Assembly: GCA_021810605.1 (NCBI GenBank)
Contig: JAJZIL010000003.1
Location: 214 to 64,213 of the forward strand
Length of the DNA: 64,000 nt
Source of the DNA: a bacterium
Lineage (GTDB): Bacteria; Patescibacteriota; Dojkabacteria; JAKAPS01; JAJZLI01
Direction: 5' to 3'
The translations under genes were made by a program, and so were the position numbers. Shown here piece by piece: positions 50,324-60,721 of this stretch. The notes beneath the pieces were generated by a model. The model searched no databases, was not told the origin of the DNA, and saw nothing but the letters and a program-made list of their open reading frames with translations. Position 1 is the stretch's first letter. Each line of letters starts with the position of its first letter.

Positions 50324-50923
50324 TTAGTTCAAATGTGAATACATTACATTGCCTTTTGTAGTATATGTAACAGTAGGTACAAATCCAAATTTTGAAAGTG
50401 GCCAGAATACAAACCAAGCAGTTCCATGTATACTAGATTTTTTTACAAAACCCCATGATCTAGAATCATAACTCACTTCTCTATTATCTCCCATAACAAA
50501 ATATTCTCCTTGTGGAACAATGATTTTAACATTATTAGGTAAAAATTCTCCTCCAAAAGTCTGTACATTTTTAGGAATATATGCAGACTCATCAAGTTTT
50601 TTACCATTTATATAAACATGACCATTTTTAAGTTCTATTGTATTTCCAGGAAGACCTATTATTCTTTTTATAAACTCTTCTGTAGGATCAAATTGAAAAT
50701 TTATAACCTCTCCTCTGTGTAATTGAGATAAAGATATTGAAAGTTTATTATTTATTAAATATTCACCATTAACAAAATTTGGATACATAGAATCTCCTAC
50801 TACTATATGAGGTGAAGATATAAATATATATATAACTACTGCTATAGCAACAGTTATCACTCCTGTTTCCAAAAAATCAATAAGGAATGTTTTTATGTAG
50901 TCTAAAAATTTGTTACTACTCAT
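50324..50923 (-). CDS. lepB: signal peptidase I (tandem paralogue)
   Basis: GDSMYPNF; KRIIGLPGN; GDNREVSYDSRSWG; about 45% identical to the adjacent copy. Confidence 0.8.
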   Translation of the reverse strand: MSSNKFLDYIKTFLIDFLETGVITVAIAVVIYIFISSPHIVVGDSMYPNFVNGEYLINNKLSISLSQLHRGEVINFQFDPTEEFIKRIIGLPGNTIELKNGHVYINGKKLDESAYIPKNVQTFGGEFLPNNVKIIVPQGEYFVMGDNREVSYDSRSWGFVKKSSIHGTAWFVFWPLSKFGFVPTVTYTTKGNVMYSHLN

Positions 50924-51208
50924 ACTATAAATTATTATAGGAATAAGATAAATATATAATTAAAGATAGATTTTAATAAACTAAATACCTCTTAATTATA
51001 ATTTATATATATTTTTATAACAAGTTTTTTATATATCAAATATAAATTATAGACTAATTTATAAATTAAGAGCATACAGAAAGTAATAACATTCTAGAAA
51101 ATTAATTTATGTAAACTATAAATATATAAAATAGATCTAACAAAACTAATTACAATAAAATTTCTAAGATTATTGAGCTCTAGAAAAATTTATACTTATT
51201 AAGTTAAA

Positions 51209-52057
51209 TCAATTTAAATTATATCTTAATTTTTCTAATTTTGCTGATTTTATTTCTGATATAGGAATATTTATTATATCATTATGTTTTATCATCTGAT
51301 TTAGTACATATATCTGTCTAATTCTACCTAATTTTGGATTAGTACCTGATATAGGAGAATATACTGAAGGAGCTTGTACTATACCTGCAAGCATTGATGA
51401 TTGAGCAAGATTCAGTTTTGAGGGTGGAATTCCAAAATATCTTTCTGATGCAGAATAAATTCCATAGCTACCATCTCCAAAATAAATATCATTAAGATAA
51501 GCATCTAATATTTGTTTTTTTGAATATACTTGAGATATTCTTATAGAAAGAAGAATTTGTTCTATTTTATTTTGTACGGATCTATTATCAGATAAGAAAA
51601 TATTTTTAACTAACTGCTGAGTAATAGTACTTGCACCTTGTATTCCTTGTTGTTTTTGAAATATATCATTATATAATGATCTTAAAGTGCTTAAAAAATT
51701 TATACCTTCATCATCAGTAAAGAAATGTACATCCTCTGCCGATATCATTGATTTTATCATATATGGAGATATATCTTTATATGATACATAAACTAAGTGT
51801 TTATTTAGATTATTTTGATAATAATAGGCTATTTTTTTCTTATTATTTATTATAATTGAATTTTTAATATTAGGAAGACTATTATAATAAGCAGAAATAA
51901 CAATAGATATACTCAGAATAAAAATAATTATTAGAGATATAAATATTACTATTAAAGTAGAAAAAAAATAGTATATTATTTTTTTTAAAGAAAATTTATT
52001 CTTACTATTTTCTAGATTTTGTTCTATCTGAGTCCCCATAAAAATTGAAAAGTTCAT
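51209..52057 (-). CDS. mtgA: monofunctional peptidoglycan glycosyltransferase (GT51)
   Basis: N-terminal TM; SAEDVHFF and GASTITQQL GT51 motifs. Confidence 0.7.
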   Translation of the reverse strand: MNFSIFMGTQIEQNLENSKNKFSLKKIIYYFFSTLIVIFISLIIIFILSISIVISAYYNSLPNIKNSIIINNKKKIAYYYQNNLNKHLVYVSYKDISPYMIKSMISAEDVHFFTDDEGINFLSTLRSLYNDIFQKQQGIQGASTITQQLVKNIFLSDNRSVQNKIEQILLSIRISQVYSKKQILDAYLNDIYFGDGSYGIYSASERYFGIPPSKLNLAQSSMLAGIVQAPSVYSPISGTNPKLGRIRQIYVLNQMIKHNDIINIPISEIKSAKLEKLRYNLN

Positions 52058-52622
52058 CTAATTGCAAAGCTTTTATGGATTTTATAATTTCTTTCTCAAA
52101 ATCTATAAGTATTGAATTATTTTTATGAAGAATTAATATATCCCCAATTTTTGTTCTAAAGGATTCAAAAAATTCTTGAGACATTAGATCATTGATATCT
52201 TTAGCTTTATTTAATCTAGAATACTCTCTCACTCTTTTATTAAGTTTATTTGAAAATTCTTCACTATCAAAATGAGAAGTAAGTTCTCTTTCTGATATAA
52301 CTAGTTCTAAAACTGATACAGTTTCTTGAAATAATACATTTCTATATTTTGATTTATTTTTAAGATTAGCAAATGAAAATATAGAATCTATAATGAACAT
52401 TTCTAATATTAAAACTTCTATAAAAACACTATCAAAATCCTTTTCTTTTACTGAATCCATACTGCTTTTATCTTTATTTTTATATATCTCCATAGTATTT
52501 ACACTAGATATATATGAAAGCATTGGAGCCAATAAAGATATTTTTTCTATAATACCTTCATCTGTATTAGGTGTATCTTTTATATCTTCCCACATACTGT
52601 CTTGTTTCTTTTTTACCTGCAT
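52005..52622 (-). CDS. hypothetical protein (205 aa)
   Basis: Uninterrupted ORF upstream of and overlapping the mtgA start; no recognised motif. Confidence 0.3.
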   Translation of the reverse strand: MQVKKKQDSMWEDIKDTPNTDEGIIEKISLLAPMLSYISSVNTMEIYKNKDKSSMDSVKEKDFDSVFIEVLILEMFIIDSIFSFANLKNKSKYRNVLFQETVSVLELVISERELTSHFDSEEFSNKLNKRVREYSRLNKAKDINDLMSQEFFESFRTKIGDILILHKNNSILIDFEKEIIKSIKALQLDELFNFYGDSDRTKSRK

Positions 52623-52966
52623 AATGAAATTATATAATTAATTATTATTATACCAGATTTAAAGACTAACTGCATTATATTTAATATATTATAGAGTAAG
52701 ATAAATATATCTATCATCTCTAATAGTTATGTAATTATACTGAAAGTAATTTTTAGAAAAGGAAAGTATTAAATTCAAATTATAATATTATAGATTCTAC
52801 TTATATTAATGATAAATATTATTTTATAAAGATCTAACATTTATAATTTCTATATATCTTTGATAGAAAATACAGATTAAAATTTATACATATATTATCT
52901 TATACTTTCATAATTTCAATAATTTAGATATAATTGTAAAATATTAGTAAGTTTTCTTTAAACTTT

Positions 52967-53048
52967 GCTGGGGTGGCGGAATAGGTATACGCGACGGACT
53001 TAAAATCCGTTGAAGTAATTCATGCGGGTTCGATTCCCGCCCTCAGCA
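52967..53048 (+). tRNA. tRNA-Leu (anticodon UAA), long variable arm
   Basis: GCTGGGGTGGCGGAATAGGTATACGC; anticodon stem ACGGA/TCCGT; loop CTTAAAA; acceptor GCTGGGG/CCTCAGC. Confidence 0.75.
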
Positions 53049-53056
53049 TTCTTAAA

Positions 53057-53130
53057 CGGAATGTAGTTCAGTTGGCTAGAACGCTTGCTTTGGGAGCAAG
53101 AGGTCGTGGGTTCGAGTCCCGCCATTCCGA
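53057..53130 (+). tRNA. tRNA-Pro (anticodon UGG)
   Basis: CGGAATGTAGTTCAGTTGGCTAGAACG; anticodon stem CTTGC/GCAAG; loop TTTGGGA; T-loop TTCGAGT. Confidence 0.8.
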
Positions 53131-53188
53131 GTATTTAAGACAAACCTAGATTTTTCCCCTTTAAAAAACATATCAAAAGGCTTATTTA
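53128..53188. repeat. 61-bp direct repeat copy 1, starting in the last 3 nt of tRNA-Pro
   Basis: cgagtatttaagacaaacctagatttttcccctttaaaaaacatatcaaaaggcttattta; the partner at 55021..55081 is about 56/61 identical. Confidence 0.65.
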
Positions 53189-53473
53189 GCTTATATGACA
53201 CCACTTTTTTATCCTTAATCGTAAAGTTCAAGTATATTTTTCTTAGTATAAAATCTTTCTCTATTATAGACCGTGTTTTTCCTAGTCTTAAAGGAATATT
53301 TGAAAAAAGTTCAATGAATTCAGAAATTGTTACAATCTCAATTTTTCCTCTCTTAATTTGATTCTTAAGATTATCATATTCTTTTTTCTTCTCTTTTAAC
53401 TATTCCTCTTTATTTTTTAAATCACTAATGATTCTCCATTATTGCATTTTGGACATTGCATTATAATCACCTT

Positions 53474-54373
53474 CTATTCATCTATAAAATAATCATTATC
53501 TATTTTTTTAATTTCAAAACTACTTATAACACTAACACCTAACCCATATTCAATCATTAAATAAGCTAATTTTTCCCCATCAATCAAGATTATTTTGTTA
53601 TCAATATTTTTAACATATTCTAATGCTTCTTTTGAAAATGATGATGTTGTTATAAATACTCCTTTTTTTGCCCTTTGTCCTTGCAAAGCTCCTACAAATT
53701 TATGTATTTCTGGCCTACCAACTGTCCCTTCCCACTTTTTTGCTTGTATATATATAACATCTAACCCTAACTTATCTTCTTTAATAATACCATCTATTCC
53801 TTCGTCTCCAATTTTTCCTATTGCTTCACCTGCATCAATTCTAGAACCACCATAACCCATTTTTAATAGTAAATCTATTACTAATTTTTCAAAAAATGAG
53901 GGAGACAGATTTTTTATTCTTACAATTAAATCTTCAGATAATTCAGACATTATTCTATTATAAGATTCATTAATAATATCATCTGGAGTTTTTAAAGGAT
54001 TCAATATATCTTCTTTAGTAACTTTATTTTTTTTTGTTCCATAAACAAATTCTTTAAATAAAGGATATTTAGCAATTAAATCTTTCTGTGTTAAAGTTTT
54101 AGGATTTTCTAATAATACATTCAATCCTTCTTTAGTAATCAAAAAATTACCTCTTTGAGGATATTCTATTAAACCTGCTTTCTTTAAGCAAGTTTTTGCC
54201 CAACCTATTCTATTTTTATAAATAGAATGACCTCCAGAATAAAGTTTTTTTTGATCACCTTCAGAAATCTTTAATCTTTCTGCAATGATTAAAGATACTT
54301 CAGAAAGGTTATGTTCCTTTTTATCTGCTAAAATTTCTAATAAAGGTAAAAGTAAATCTTGATAACTTGGCAT
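53474..54373 (-). CDS. mrr: Mrr-family restriction endonuclease
   Basis: Mrr N-terminal winged-helix region (MPSYQDLLLPLLEIL...LSEV); C-terminal Mrr_cat core (...IDGIIKEDKLGLDVIYIQAKKW...). Confidence 0.7.
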   Translation of the reverse strand: MPSYQDLLLPLLEILADKKEHNLSEVSLIIAERLKISEGDQKKLYSGGHSIYKNRIGWAKTCLKKAGLIEYPQRGNFLITKEGLNVLLENPKTLTQKDLIAKYPLFKEFVYGTKKNKVTKEDILNPLKTPDDIINESYNRIMSELSEDLIVRIKNLSPSFFEKLVIDLLLKMGYGGSRIDAGEAIGKIGDEGIDGIIKEDKLGLDVIYIQAKKWEGTVGRPEIHKFVGALQGQRAKKGVFITTSSFSKEALEYVKNIDNKIILIDGEKLAYLMIEYGLGVSVISSFEIKKIDNDYFIDE

Positions 54374-54377
54374 ATTA

Positions 54378-54839
54378 TTATAATTGAATAATTTTAAGAA
54401 TTTCTGGTATTAGGGAAACATACAAATTAGGATTACTAATAATCTTTTTTATCGTTTCTATAGTTTTAGAATCTTTTTTGATATTCATAAAAGATAATAT
54501 CTTATCATCCGTTATCTTATATAAAGAACGTATACATATTTCTAAATTATTATACTTACTGGTAGATCCTGAACTACTACTAAGAGCATCATATAGTATA
54601 AAATCATCTACATCAAAATAGTTATAAAATTCTTCAAAAAGACTATATTCTTTCAATAATTTTCTTTCCATATTTAAAATATCTCTATTGTTATTGACAT
54701 AGTTATCAAACAAAAAATCTATGGGATTATTTTTTGGAAGTTTAATAATCAATTCTTGATATGCAATTAAATCTTTAAGAAAAGTATCTTTAGTATTTTC
54801 TAATACTTCAAAACTTTTATTTTTTACCATATTAATCAT
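54378..54839 (-). CDS. hypothetical protein (153 aa)
   Basis: Uninterrupted ORF downstream of mrr. Confidence 0.3.
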   Translation of the reverse strand: MINMVKNKSFEVLENTKDTFLKDLIAYQELIIKLPKNNPIDFLFDNYVNNNRDILNMERKLLKEYSLFEEFYNYFDVDDFILYDALSSSSGSTSKYNNLEICIRSLYKITDDKILSFMNIKKDSKTIETIKKIISNPNLYVSLIPEILKIIQL

Positions 54840-54869
54840 TATATCATTTCAATTACTAAATTATAAATC

Positions 54870-55115
54870 TCATAATACCAATTTTTCAAAATAGAGGTCG
54901 TCAGTATATTGTAAATTTAAACTTTTCTCTATAAAATCCGTGCTAAATTCTTCAATAGTACCAATATTTGCCTTCAGTAAGGAATAAATCTTTAAAAGTT
55001 CAACTGGAGTGTGTAAGACGCGAGTATTTAAGACAAACCCAGATTTTTCCGCTTTAAAAAACATATCAAAAGGTTTTATTAGGACATTAGAAATAGATTC
55101 TAATTCGTTTGCCAA
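54870..55115 (-). CDS. hypothetical protein whose N-terminal coding region carries the second copy of the tRNA-Pro-adjacent repeat
   Basis: ...KPFDMFFKAEKSGFVLNTRV... is encoded by repeat copy 2. Repeat copy 1 encodes a paralogous ...NKPFDMFFKGEKSRFVLNT fragment truncated by tRNA-Pro. Confidence 0.35.
   Translation of the reverse strand: MANELESISNVLIKPFDMFFKAEKSGFVLNTRVLHTPVELLKIYSLLKANIGTIEEFSTDFIEKSLNLQYTDDLYFEKLVL
55021..55081. repeat. 61-bp direct repeat copy 2
   Basis: cgagtatttaagacaaacccagatttttccgctttaaaaaacatatcaaaaggttttatta. Confidence 0.65.
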
Positions 55116-55252
55116 TATCGTGTATATATATTTAGAAAAAATATTATTATTTATAAGATTATGATTGTAACCTAAGGAATAGTAATAATATATTGGTAAA
55201 TCTAATAGTTAAAATACTTTTTGAAAAAAATTAAAATCCTCTTTTCTAAGAG

Positions 55253-56464
55253 TTAATTCATATACTCTCTTGTAAGAGGGATATTATTACTTATCCCTTT
55301 AGTAAAGATTATTTGAGAAAGATCATTATTTCCAGTTTCAAATGCACTTATTGACCCTGCTAGATATAATCTCCACATTCTGACAAAATTCTCATCATAC
55401 ATTTTTGTAATCTCGGGAACATGCTTTTCGAATCTATTTAGCCATTCTCTTAATGTTAATGCATAATGTGGACGAAGGTTTTCATAATCTACAACTCTCA
55501 TTCCATACTCAGGAAATAGATTCATCATTTCTCTAAGACTTGGAACATATCCTCCTGGGAATATATACTTATCAATCCAAGCAGGCATATCAGATTCAGT
55601 TTGTTGAGAAATAGTATGTAATACTGAGATACCTCCAGGATTCAAAAGTTTATCTACAACATCAAAATATTGTCTATGATTACCTCTACCAATATGTTCA
55701 AAAATACCAACACTTACAACTCTATCATATGTTTTCTTACTTGGAATTAAATCTTGATAATTTATATTTCTAAATTCTACTAAATCTTCAACTCCCTCTT
55801 TTTTAGCTAAATCTTTTGCAAACTCATACTGTTCTTTACTAAGAGTAACTCCTAAACCTTTTGCACCATACTCTTTAGCTGCTCTAACAACAAGATATCC
55901 CCAACCACAACCAATATCAACAAATTCTTGTCCTTTCTTAAGTTGTAGTTTTTTTAATACATGGTCTATCTTTTGTCTTTGAGCATTTTCTAAAGTATCT
56001 TGAGAAGTTTTAAAGTAAGCACATGTATATGTCATGGTATCATCTAACCAAAGTTTATAAAAATCATTACCTAAATCATAATGACTTTGAATTTGTTGTT
56101 TTTGATTTTTCTTAGCATTAACATTATATTTATAGTTCATTTTCTTTCCAAACTTATCTATAAGTAATGTTGAATTTTCATTACTGAGATCAACAAGTCT
56201 ATTTAATTGATCATTTGGAACACTCACTCTACCCTCTGTATATGCTTCTCCAAATCCTAAATCTATTTTGTGTACAATTTCAGAGATAGCCTTCGGGTCA
56301 TTAATTGTAAGAGTTGTATATAATTCTCCTTTCCCAAAAATTTTCTCAGTTTTATCAGGATAAATCACTTTTATAGACCCTACAGGAAGTCTTGAAAGTA
56401 CTTGTTCGAAAATAATTTTATCAACCATACAAAGTATGTTATCACTATTTAAAAATTCAGACAA
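55253..56464 (-). CDS. cfa: cyclopropane-fatty-acyl-phospholipid synthase family SAM-dependent methyltransferase
   Basis: SAM motif VDIGCGWGYL; about 403 aa; overall CFA synthase pattern. Confidence 0.75.
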   Translation of the reverse strand: MSEFLNSDNILCMVDKIIFEQVLSRLPVGSIKVIYPDKTEKIFGKGELYTTLTINDPKAISEIVHKIDLGFGEAYTEGRVSVPNDQLNRLVDLSNENSTLLIDKFGKKMNYKYNVNAKKNQKQQIQSHYDLGNDFYKLWLDDTMTYTCAYFKTSQDTLENAQRQKIDHVLKKLQLKKGQEFVDIGCGWGYLVVRAAKEYGAKGLGVTLSKEQYEFAKDLAKKEGVEDLVEFRNINYQDLIPSKKTYDRVVSVGIFEHIGRGNHRQYFDVVDKLLNPGGISVLHTISQQTESDMPAWIDKYIFPGGYVPSLREMMNLFPEYGMRVVDYENLRPHYALTLREWLNRFEKHVPEITKMYDENFVRMWRLYLAGSISAFETGNNDLSQIIFTKGISNNIPLTREYMN

Positions 56465-56523
56465 GTAATCATAAATATTTTATTAAATATATATATCTTA
56501 GAGAAAACTACAGAGTAATAAAT

Positions 56524-57876
56524 TTATCTGCCTTTTACTGCTTTATGAAAAAGTGTTGGAGTAAGAGATTTAGGATCGTATTTTCTTTTGATTTTTTTAT
56601 AGAACTTACCATTATAGATCTCATCAAAACGTTTTTCATCTATAAAACTTGAAGAATAGAGCATTTTTATTCCATTATGATCAAAGCAAAATTCATCCAT
56701 AATTTTAGTACTCACAAATTCAGTTTTTATTGTTTTCTTTTTTACATAGCTGTAGCTTCCTAGATTAAAATATATCTCACCACTTTTCATAGGATAACTT
56801 GAAGCGTTTCCAAATGCTTTTATTGGAACACCCATAAGAGGCTTCCCATCAAGATCAAGATTATCTAATGCATATTTTAGTATTTTTGATGATTCACTCC
56901 ATGGAACTTCCCAATCTTGAATAAGAAGTTCGAAATTAGGATCTTCAAATTTTATAAAAGGAATTTTCGAAGATATTTTTCTTTGAAAATCTGCATATCT
57001 CGAATAGAACGCAGAATTTCTTAATTTTTCAGGTGCAATAGATCTGAAGAATCTATAAATAGAAGTTTGAGGTATAGCCCAAAACCATTCAGGATCATAT
57101 CTAAAAAGATAATCTCTAATAGGAAAAATATATTTCCCATTACAGCTGACCTCTTTATAAAAAATTGTATTACCATAGATTGTTTTTATGTTATTACCTT
57201 TATTTGTCTCTTTTCCTGTTATAAGATACATAGATTTGTTAGAATAAAGTAAACTTTCAATATAATCTATTGATTTATCTTTTATAGCAAGATTCATTCC
57301 ATTAATAAAAGATTTTATATCTGTAAATTGTTTACTTTTAAGTTCCACATATTTAGATACTGCTCTAAGTTTAATTTTTAATTTTAAAATATAACCTAGA
57401 GTACCGTATGAGTTAGGAAGTGCATAAAAAAGATCTGAATATTTATTATCTGCACTACATACAACAATTCTTCCATCTGGAAGTAATACTTCCGCCTCAA
57501 TTAGAGAGTCATGTACAAACCCATATTTATAACTATTTGATTCTATACCTATTCCAACGACTGCTCCTCCAATTGTAATATGTTTTAATTCTGGAGTAAT
57601 TGTTGGAAGAAATCCTAAAGGAAGAGTAAAATCTACAATATCTTCATAAGTTGTAAGTCCCTCAACTTCAAGAGTTTGATTTTTCTTATCTAAATACAAT
57701 GGTTTATTAAAATTACTTAGATCAATTTGAAAAGTTGATGATCTTTTTCTATCTTTATAACGAAAAAGGTTAGATATAGTTTTCTTTTTAATAGTAATCT
57801 TTTTCTTATTTCCTGATAAACTACTTTTTAGATCTTTGACCAAATTTTCATGATAATTATTCAAATCATTTTTCAT
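56524..57876 (-). CDS. FAD-binding (PCMH-type) oxidoreductase
   Basis: FAD-binding domain pattern ...ITIGGAVVGIGIESNSYKYGFVHDSLIEAEVLLPDGRIV...YALPNSYGTLGYI. Confidence 0.6.
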   Translation of the reverse strand: MKNDLNNYHENLVKDLKSSLSGNKKKITIKKKTISNLFRYKDRKRSSTFQIDLSNFNKPLYLDKKNQTLEVEGLTTYEDIVDFTLPLGFLPTITPELKHITIGGAVVGIGIESNSYKYGFVHDSLIEAEVLLPDGRIVVCSADNKYSDLFYALPNSYGTLGYILKLKIKLRAVSKYVELKSKQFTDIKSFINGMNLAIKDKSIDYIESLLYSNKSMYLITGKETNKGNNIKTIYGNTIFYKEVSCNGKYIFPIRDYLFRYDPEWFWAIPQTSIYRFFRSIAPEKLRNSAFYSRYADFQRKISSKIPFIKFEDPNFELLIQDWEVPWSESSKILKYALDNLDLDGKPLMGVPIKAFGNASSYPMKSGEIYFNLGSYSYVKKKTIKTEFVSTKIMDEFCFDHNGIKMLYSSSFIDEKRFDEIYNGKFYKKIKRKYDPKSLTPTLFHKAVKGR

Positions 57877-58178
57877 ATATTAATAATATTATTAAGTATT
57901 TATATTATATTAGTCAATACTCATCTAAATATTATCCATAGAATTATTCCCATATTTTCGTCTTACAGATTCTATAAGTCTTAGCATTTTATGAGTTTTT
58001 AAAGTTACAGATAAAAATCATAAGGTTTATTCTTTTTTATAAAGACTAAAAGATGTTCAAGTTATACTAAGATTTCTTCTAAATCTCTTTTTATCCATAT
58101 AGAAGTATTCAACATATAAGATCAAAATAAAAATCAATATTTGTTTTCTCCATATATGTTATATTATAAAAAACTTAT

Positions 58179-58982
58179 TTAAAGTTCTATATCCCTTTTA
58201 TAGAATATAAACATACCCAAAATAGAGAAAAATATAAATACAGCTAAAAATACTTTTATTGAAAGATTGTTAATATAATTGTATTTTAAAATATCTGATA
58301 TATTATAATAATAGAAAATAGAGATATATCTGATAGATTTTAAATGTACATTTACAGAGGATATTATATTTATAACGTACATAAGTATAAATAATACTGC
58401 AGATACAATATTTGAGGTTCCTTTATGAGAAAATAGAGAGGATACAAAAAAACCTATACTCAAAGATGATAAAGAGAAAAGAAGAACAACAATTGATATA
58501 AGATAAACATCCTCTGAGGATACTTTTATATTTGCAATAAAAGCTACTGGTATTATTGTTAAGACTGAGAATATAGTTACTATAATGATTCCTATTACTC
58601 CTACTAAATATTTCGACAAATATATCTTTATTCTAGATATAGGCAAAGATAATATTATCCCAATAGTTTTATTTTCAATTTCTGCAGATATCTGAGAAGA
58701 TGCATATGATATTGTAAAAAATAGAAGTATAACTAAAAGAAACAATGATAAGTACTCAGTAGAGAGAAAATTTAGTAATGTAAAATTAAAAAGATTAGAT
58801 ATTCCAAAAGAATTTAATAATACAGGTGGAAGAGATTTAATAAGTTTTATATATACACGAGACTCCTTTGAGAGGGAGGGATATATTGATACATAAAGTA
58901 TTATTAAAAGAAAAAGTGACAGAGAGTACAAAAATATTGTTTCTTTTCTTTTCTCTAATATTTTTTCTAAATAATTTATCAT
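58179..58982 (-). CDS. ABC-2 type transporter permease
   Basis: Six hydrophobic helices; directly downstream of the ABC ATPase. Confidence 0.6.
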   Translation of the reverse strand: MINYLEKILEKRKETIFLYSLSLFLLIILYVSIYPSLSKESRVYIKLIKSLPPVLLNSFGISNLFNFTLLNFLSTEYLSLFLLVILLFFTISYASSQISAEIENKTIGIILSLPISRIKIYLSKYLVGVIGIIIVTIFSVLTIIPVAFIANIKVSSEDVYLISIVVLLFSLSSLSIGFFVSSLFSHKGTSNIVSAVLFILMYVINIISSVNVHLKSIRYISIFYYYNISDILKYNYINNLSIKVFLAVFIFFSILGMFIFYKRDIEL

Positions 58983-58992
58983 AATTTGTATA

Positions 58993-59895
58993 TTATTTAT
59001 AATATTCTAAAAATATATCTTCTAAGGTTGCATGATCTATTGATATATTTGAAATATCATATTTTAAAAGTATCTTTATAAGTGAATTTATATCTGATTT
59101 AATCTTAAGATTTATTTGTTTATCATTACTAGAAGTAATAATAAATTTTTCAAAATCTTTTATATTATATTTATCATTAAAATCTATTGATACGCTATAT
59201 ATTGTTTTATCTTCCAAATCTCTTATATTTTCAATTTTGATACTACTACCATCCTTTATTATAACGACTCTATCTGCAACTTTATTAACTTCTGAAAGAT
59301 CATGTGATGATAGTAATATACTTGTACCTTTATTTTTTAAATTTATAAGAATCTCATGGAATTTTTGTGTTACTACGGGATCTAATCCACGAGATGGTTC
59401 ATCTAAGATTATGAGTTTAGGTGAGCAAATTAAAGCTATTATAAGAGCTACTTTTTGTTTATTACCATATGATAATTTTTTAATTTTACTAGTCATTGGA
59501 ACATCTAGAGCTTCTATTATATCTTTATCGTAATTAGATTTATTTTTAAATTTATAGATAAAATTAATATATTCAAGTGCAGTCCACTCTTCATTTAGAA
59601 TACTTTCAGATGATGCATAAGATAAATCTTTTTTAATATTTATATCAGAGTGAGATGTTATAATTTTATCGAAGATTTTTATAAACCCACTATTTGGAGT
59701 AATAAAATCCATTATACAATTTATAGTAGTAGTTTTTCCGGAGCCATTTGGCCCCAGAACTCCTAAAATTTCAGATTCTTTGAGAGAAAAAGATACATTA
59801 TTAAGAGCAATGCTTGATCCAAATGACTTTGATATATTATTAACATCAAGTATATTCATATACTCAATAGTACATATATACAGAAATTTATACAA
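58993..59895 (-). CDS. ABC transporter ATP-binding protein
   Basis: Walker A GPNGSGKTT; signature LSYGNKQKVALIIAL; Walker B LIILDEPSRGLDP. Confidence 0.8.
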   Translation of the reverse strand: MYKFLYICTIEYMNILDVNNISKSFGSSIALNNVSFSLKESEILGVLGPNGSGKTTTINCIMDFITPNSGFIKIFDKIITSHSDINIKKDLSYASSESILNEEWTALEYINFIYKFKNKSNYDKDIIEALDVPMTSKIKKLSYGNKQKVALIIALICSPKLIILDEPSRGLDPVVTQKFHEILINLKNKGTSILLSSHDLSEVNKVADRVVIIKDGSSIKIENIRDLEDKTIYSVSIDFNDKYNIKDFEKFIITSSNDKQINLKIKSDINSLIKILLKYDISNISIDHATLEDIFLEYYK

Positions 59896-59930
59896 TATTT
59901 AAATTTTATTCTATGAAAAATATTTTGAAT

Positions 59931-60281
59931 TTAATAATCTATTGATACAGGATTACCATCTTTATCTGTATTTGTTTGAGTTATAGGTTTACCAGATCTA
60001 TCGAAAACAATAATTTCATGATATGTAGATTTACTATCTAAAGCTTTTGATGCAATAGAAGTTACTGAACCATCCTCTCTTAAAGATATAATAACTTCAT
60101 ATGATCCGCTAAATTTAATAGTTGTTCTAGATATATCTTTATCGCCGATAGAACTTATTTTAACCTCAATTCTCCCAACAGATATTCTATCAAATTTACC
60201 ATCAGGATCTAGATATACAAGAGCATCTCCTATAGATATAGGTAATTGTTCAACCTTGTATGTATCTGTTTCTAAAGACAT
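59931..60281 (-). CDS. hypothetical protein (116 aa)
   Basis: Uninterrupted ORF. Confidence 0.3.
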   Translation of the reverse strand: MSLETDTYKVEQLPISIGDALVYLDPDGKFDRISVGRIEVKISSIGDKDISRTTIKFSGSYEVIISLREDGSVTSIASKALDSKSTYHEIIVFDRSGKPITQTNTDKDGNPVSIDY

Positions 60282-60293
60282 AATAAAAAAGTT

Positions 60294-60707
60294 TTAATTA
60301 TGTATTTTTTGAAGCATATCTATCATAGAAGATAGATTCTCTTTAAGCTTGACTTTATCTTCTACTGAAAGTACTGAAATTTTATCTTTCATTTCACATC
60401 TCATTAAAAATGCGAACTCTTTCATTTTTTCTCTCCCCTGATCTGTAAGAGAGATAACCTTTTCTCTTTTATTTTCACCTTCATCTCTTTGAATAAAGCC
60501 TTTATTTTCAAGTTTAGTTAATGCTTCTGTAACAGAGGGTGCAGAAATATTCATTTTTTTTGCAATATCTACTACTCTAATATTATTAGTTTCAGATATA
60601 ATTTTCAAAAGTAGTATAGAAGATATAAAATTATTACCATAGATAAAATGAGTCTTTATCTCCATTATTAAATCTATAATTTTATCTTCTATACTATTAT
60701 CTTCCAT
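60294..60707 (-). CDS. MarR-family transcriptional regulator
   Basis: Winged HTH VVDIAKKMNISAPSVTEALTKLENKGFIQR; about 137 aa; upstream of the MFS efflux gene. Confidence 0.7.
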   Translation of the reverse strand: MEDNSIEDKIIDLIMEIKTHFIYGNNFISSILLLKIISETNNIRVVDIAKKMNISAPSVTEALTKLENKGFIQRDEGENKREKVISLTDQGREKMKEFAFLMRCEMKDKISVLSVEDKVKLKENLSSMIDMLQKIHN

Positions 60708-60721
60708 GTTTTAATTATAAC

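Noticed and set aside
53595-53855. 86-aa plus-strand ORF
   Set aside because: It lies antisense within mrr.
57067-57252. 61-aa plus-strand ORF
   Set aside because: It lies antisense within the FAD-binding oxidoreductase gene.
59237-59533. 98-aa plus-strand ORF
   Set aside because: It lies antisense within the ABC ATPase gene.
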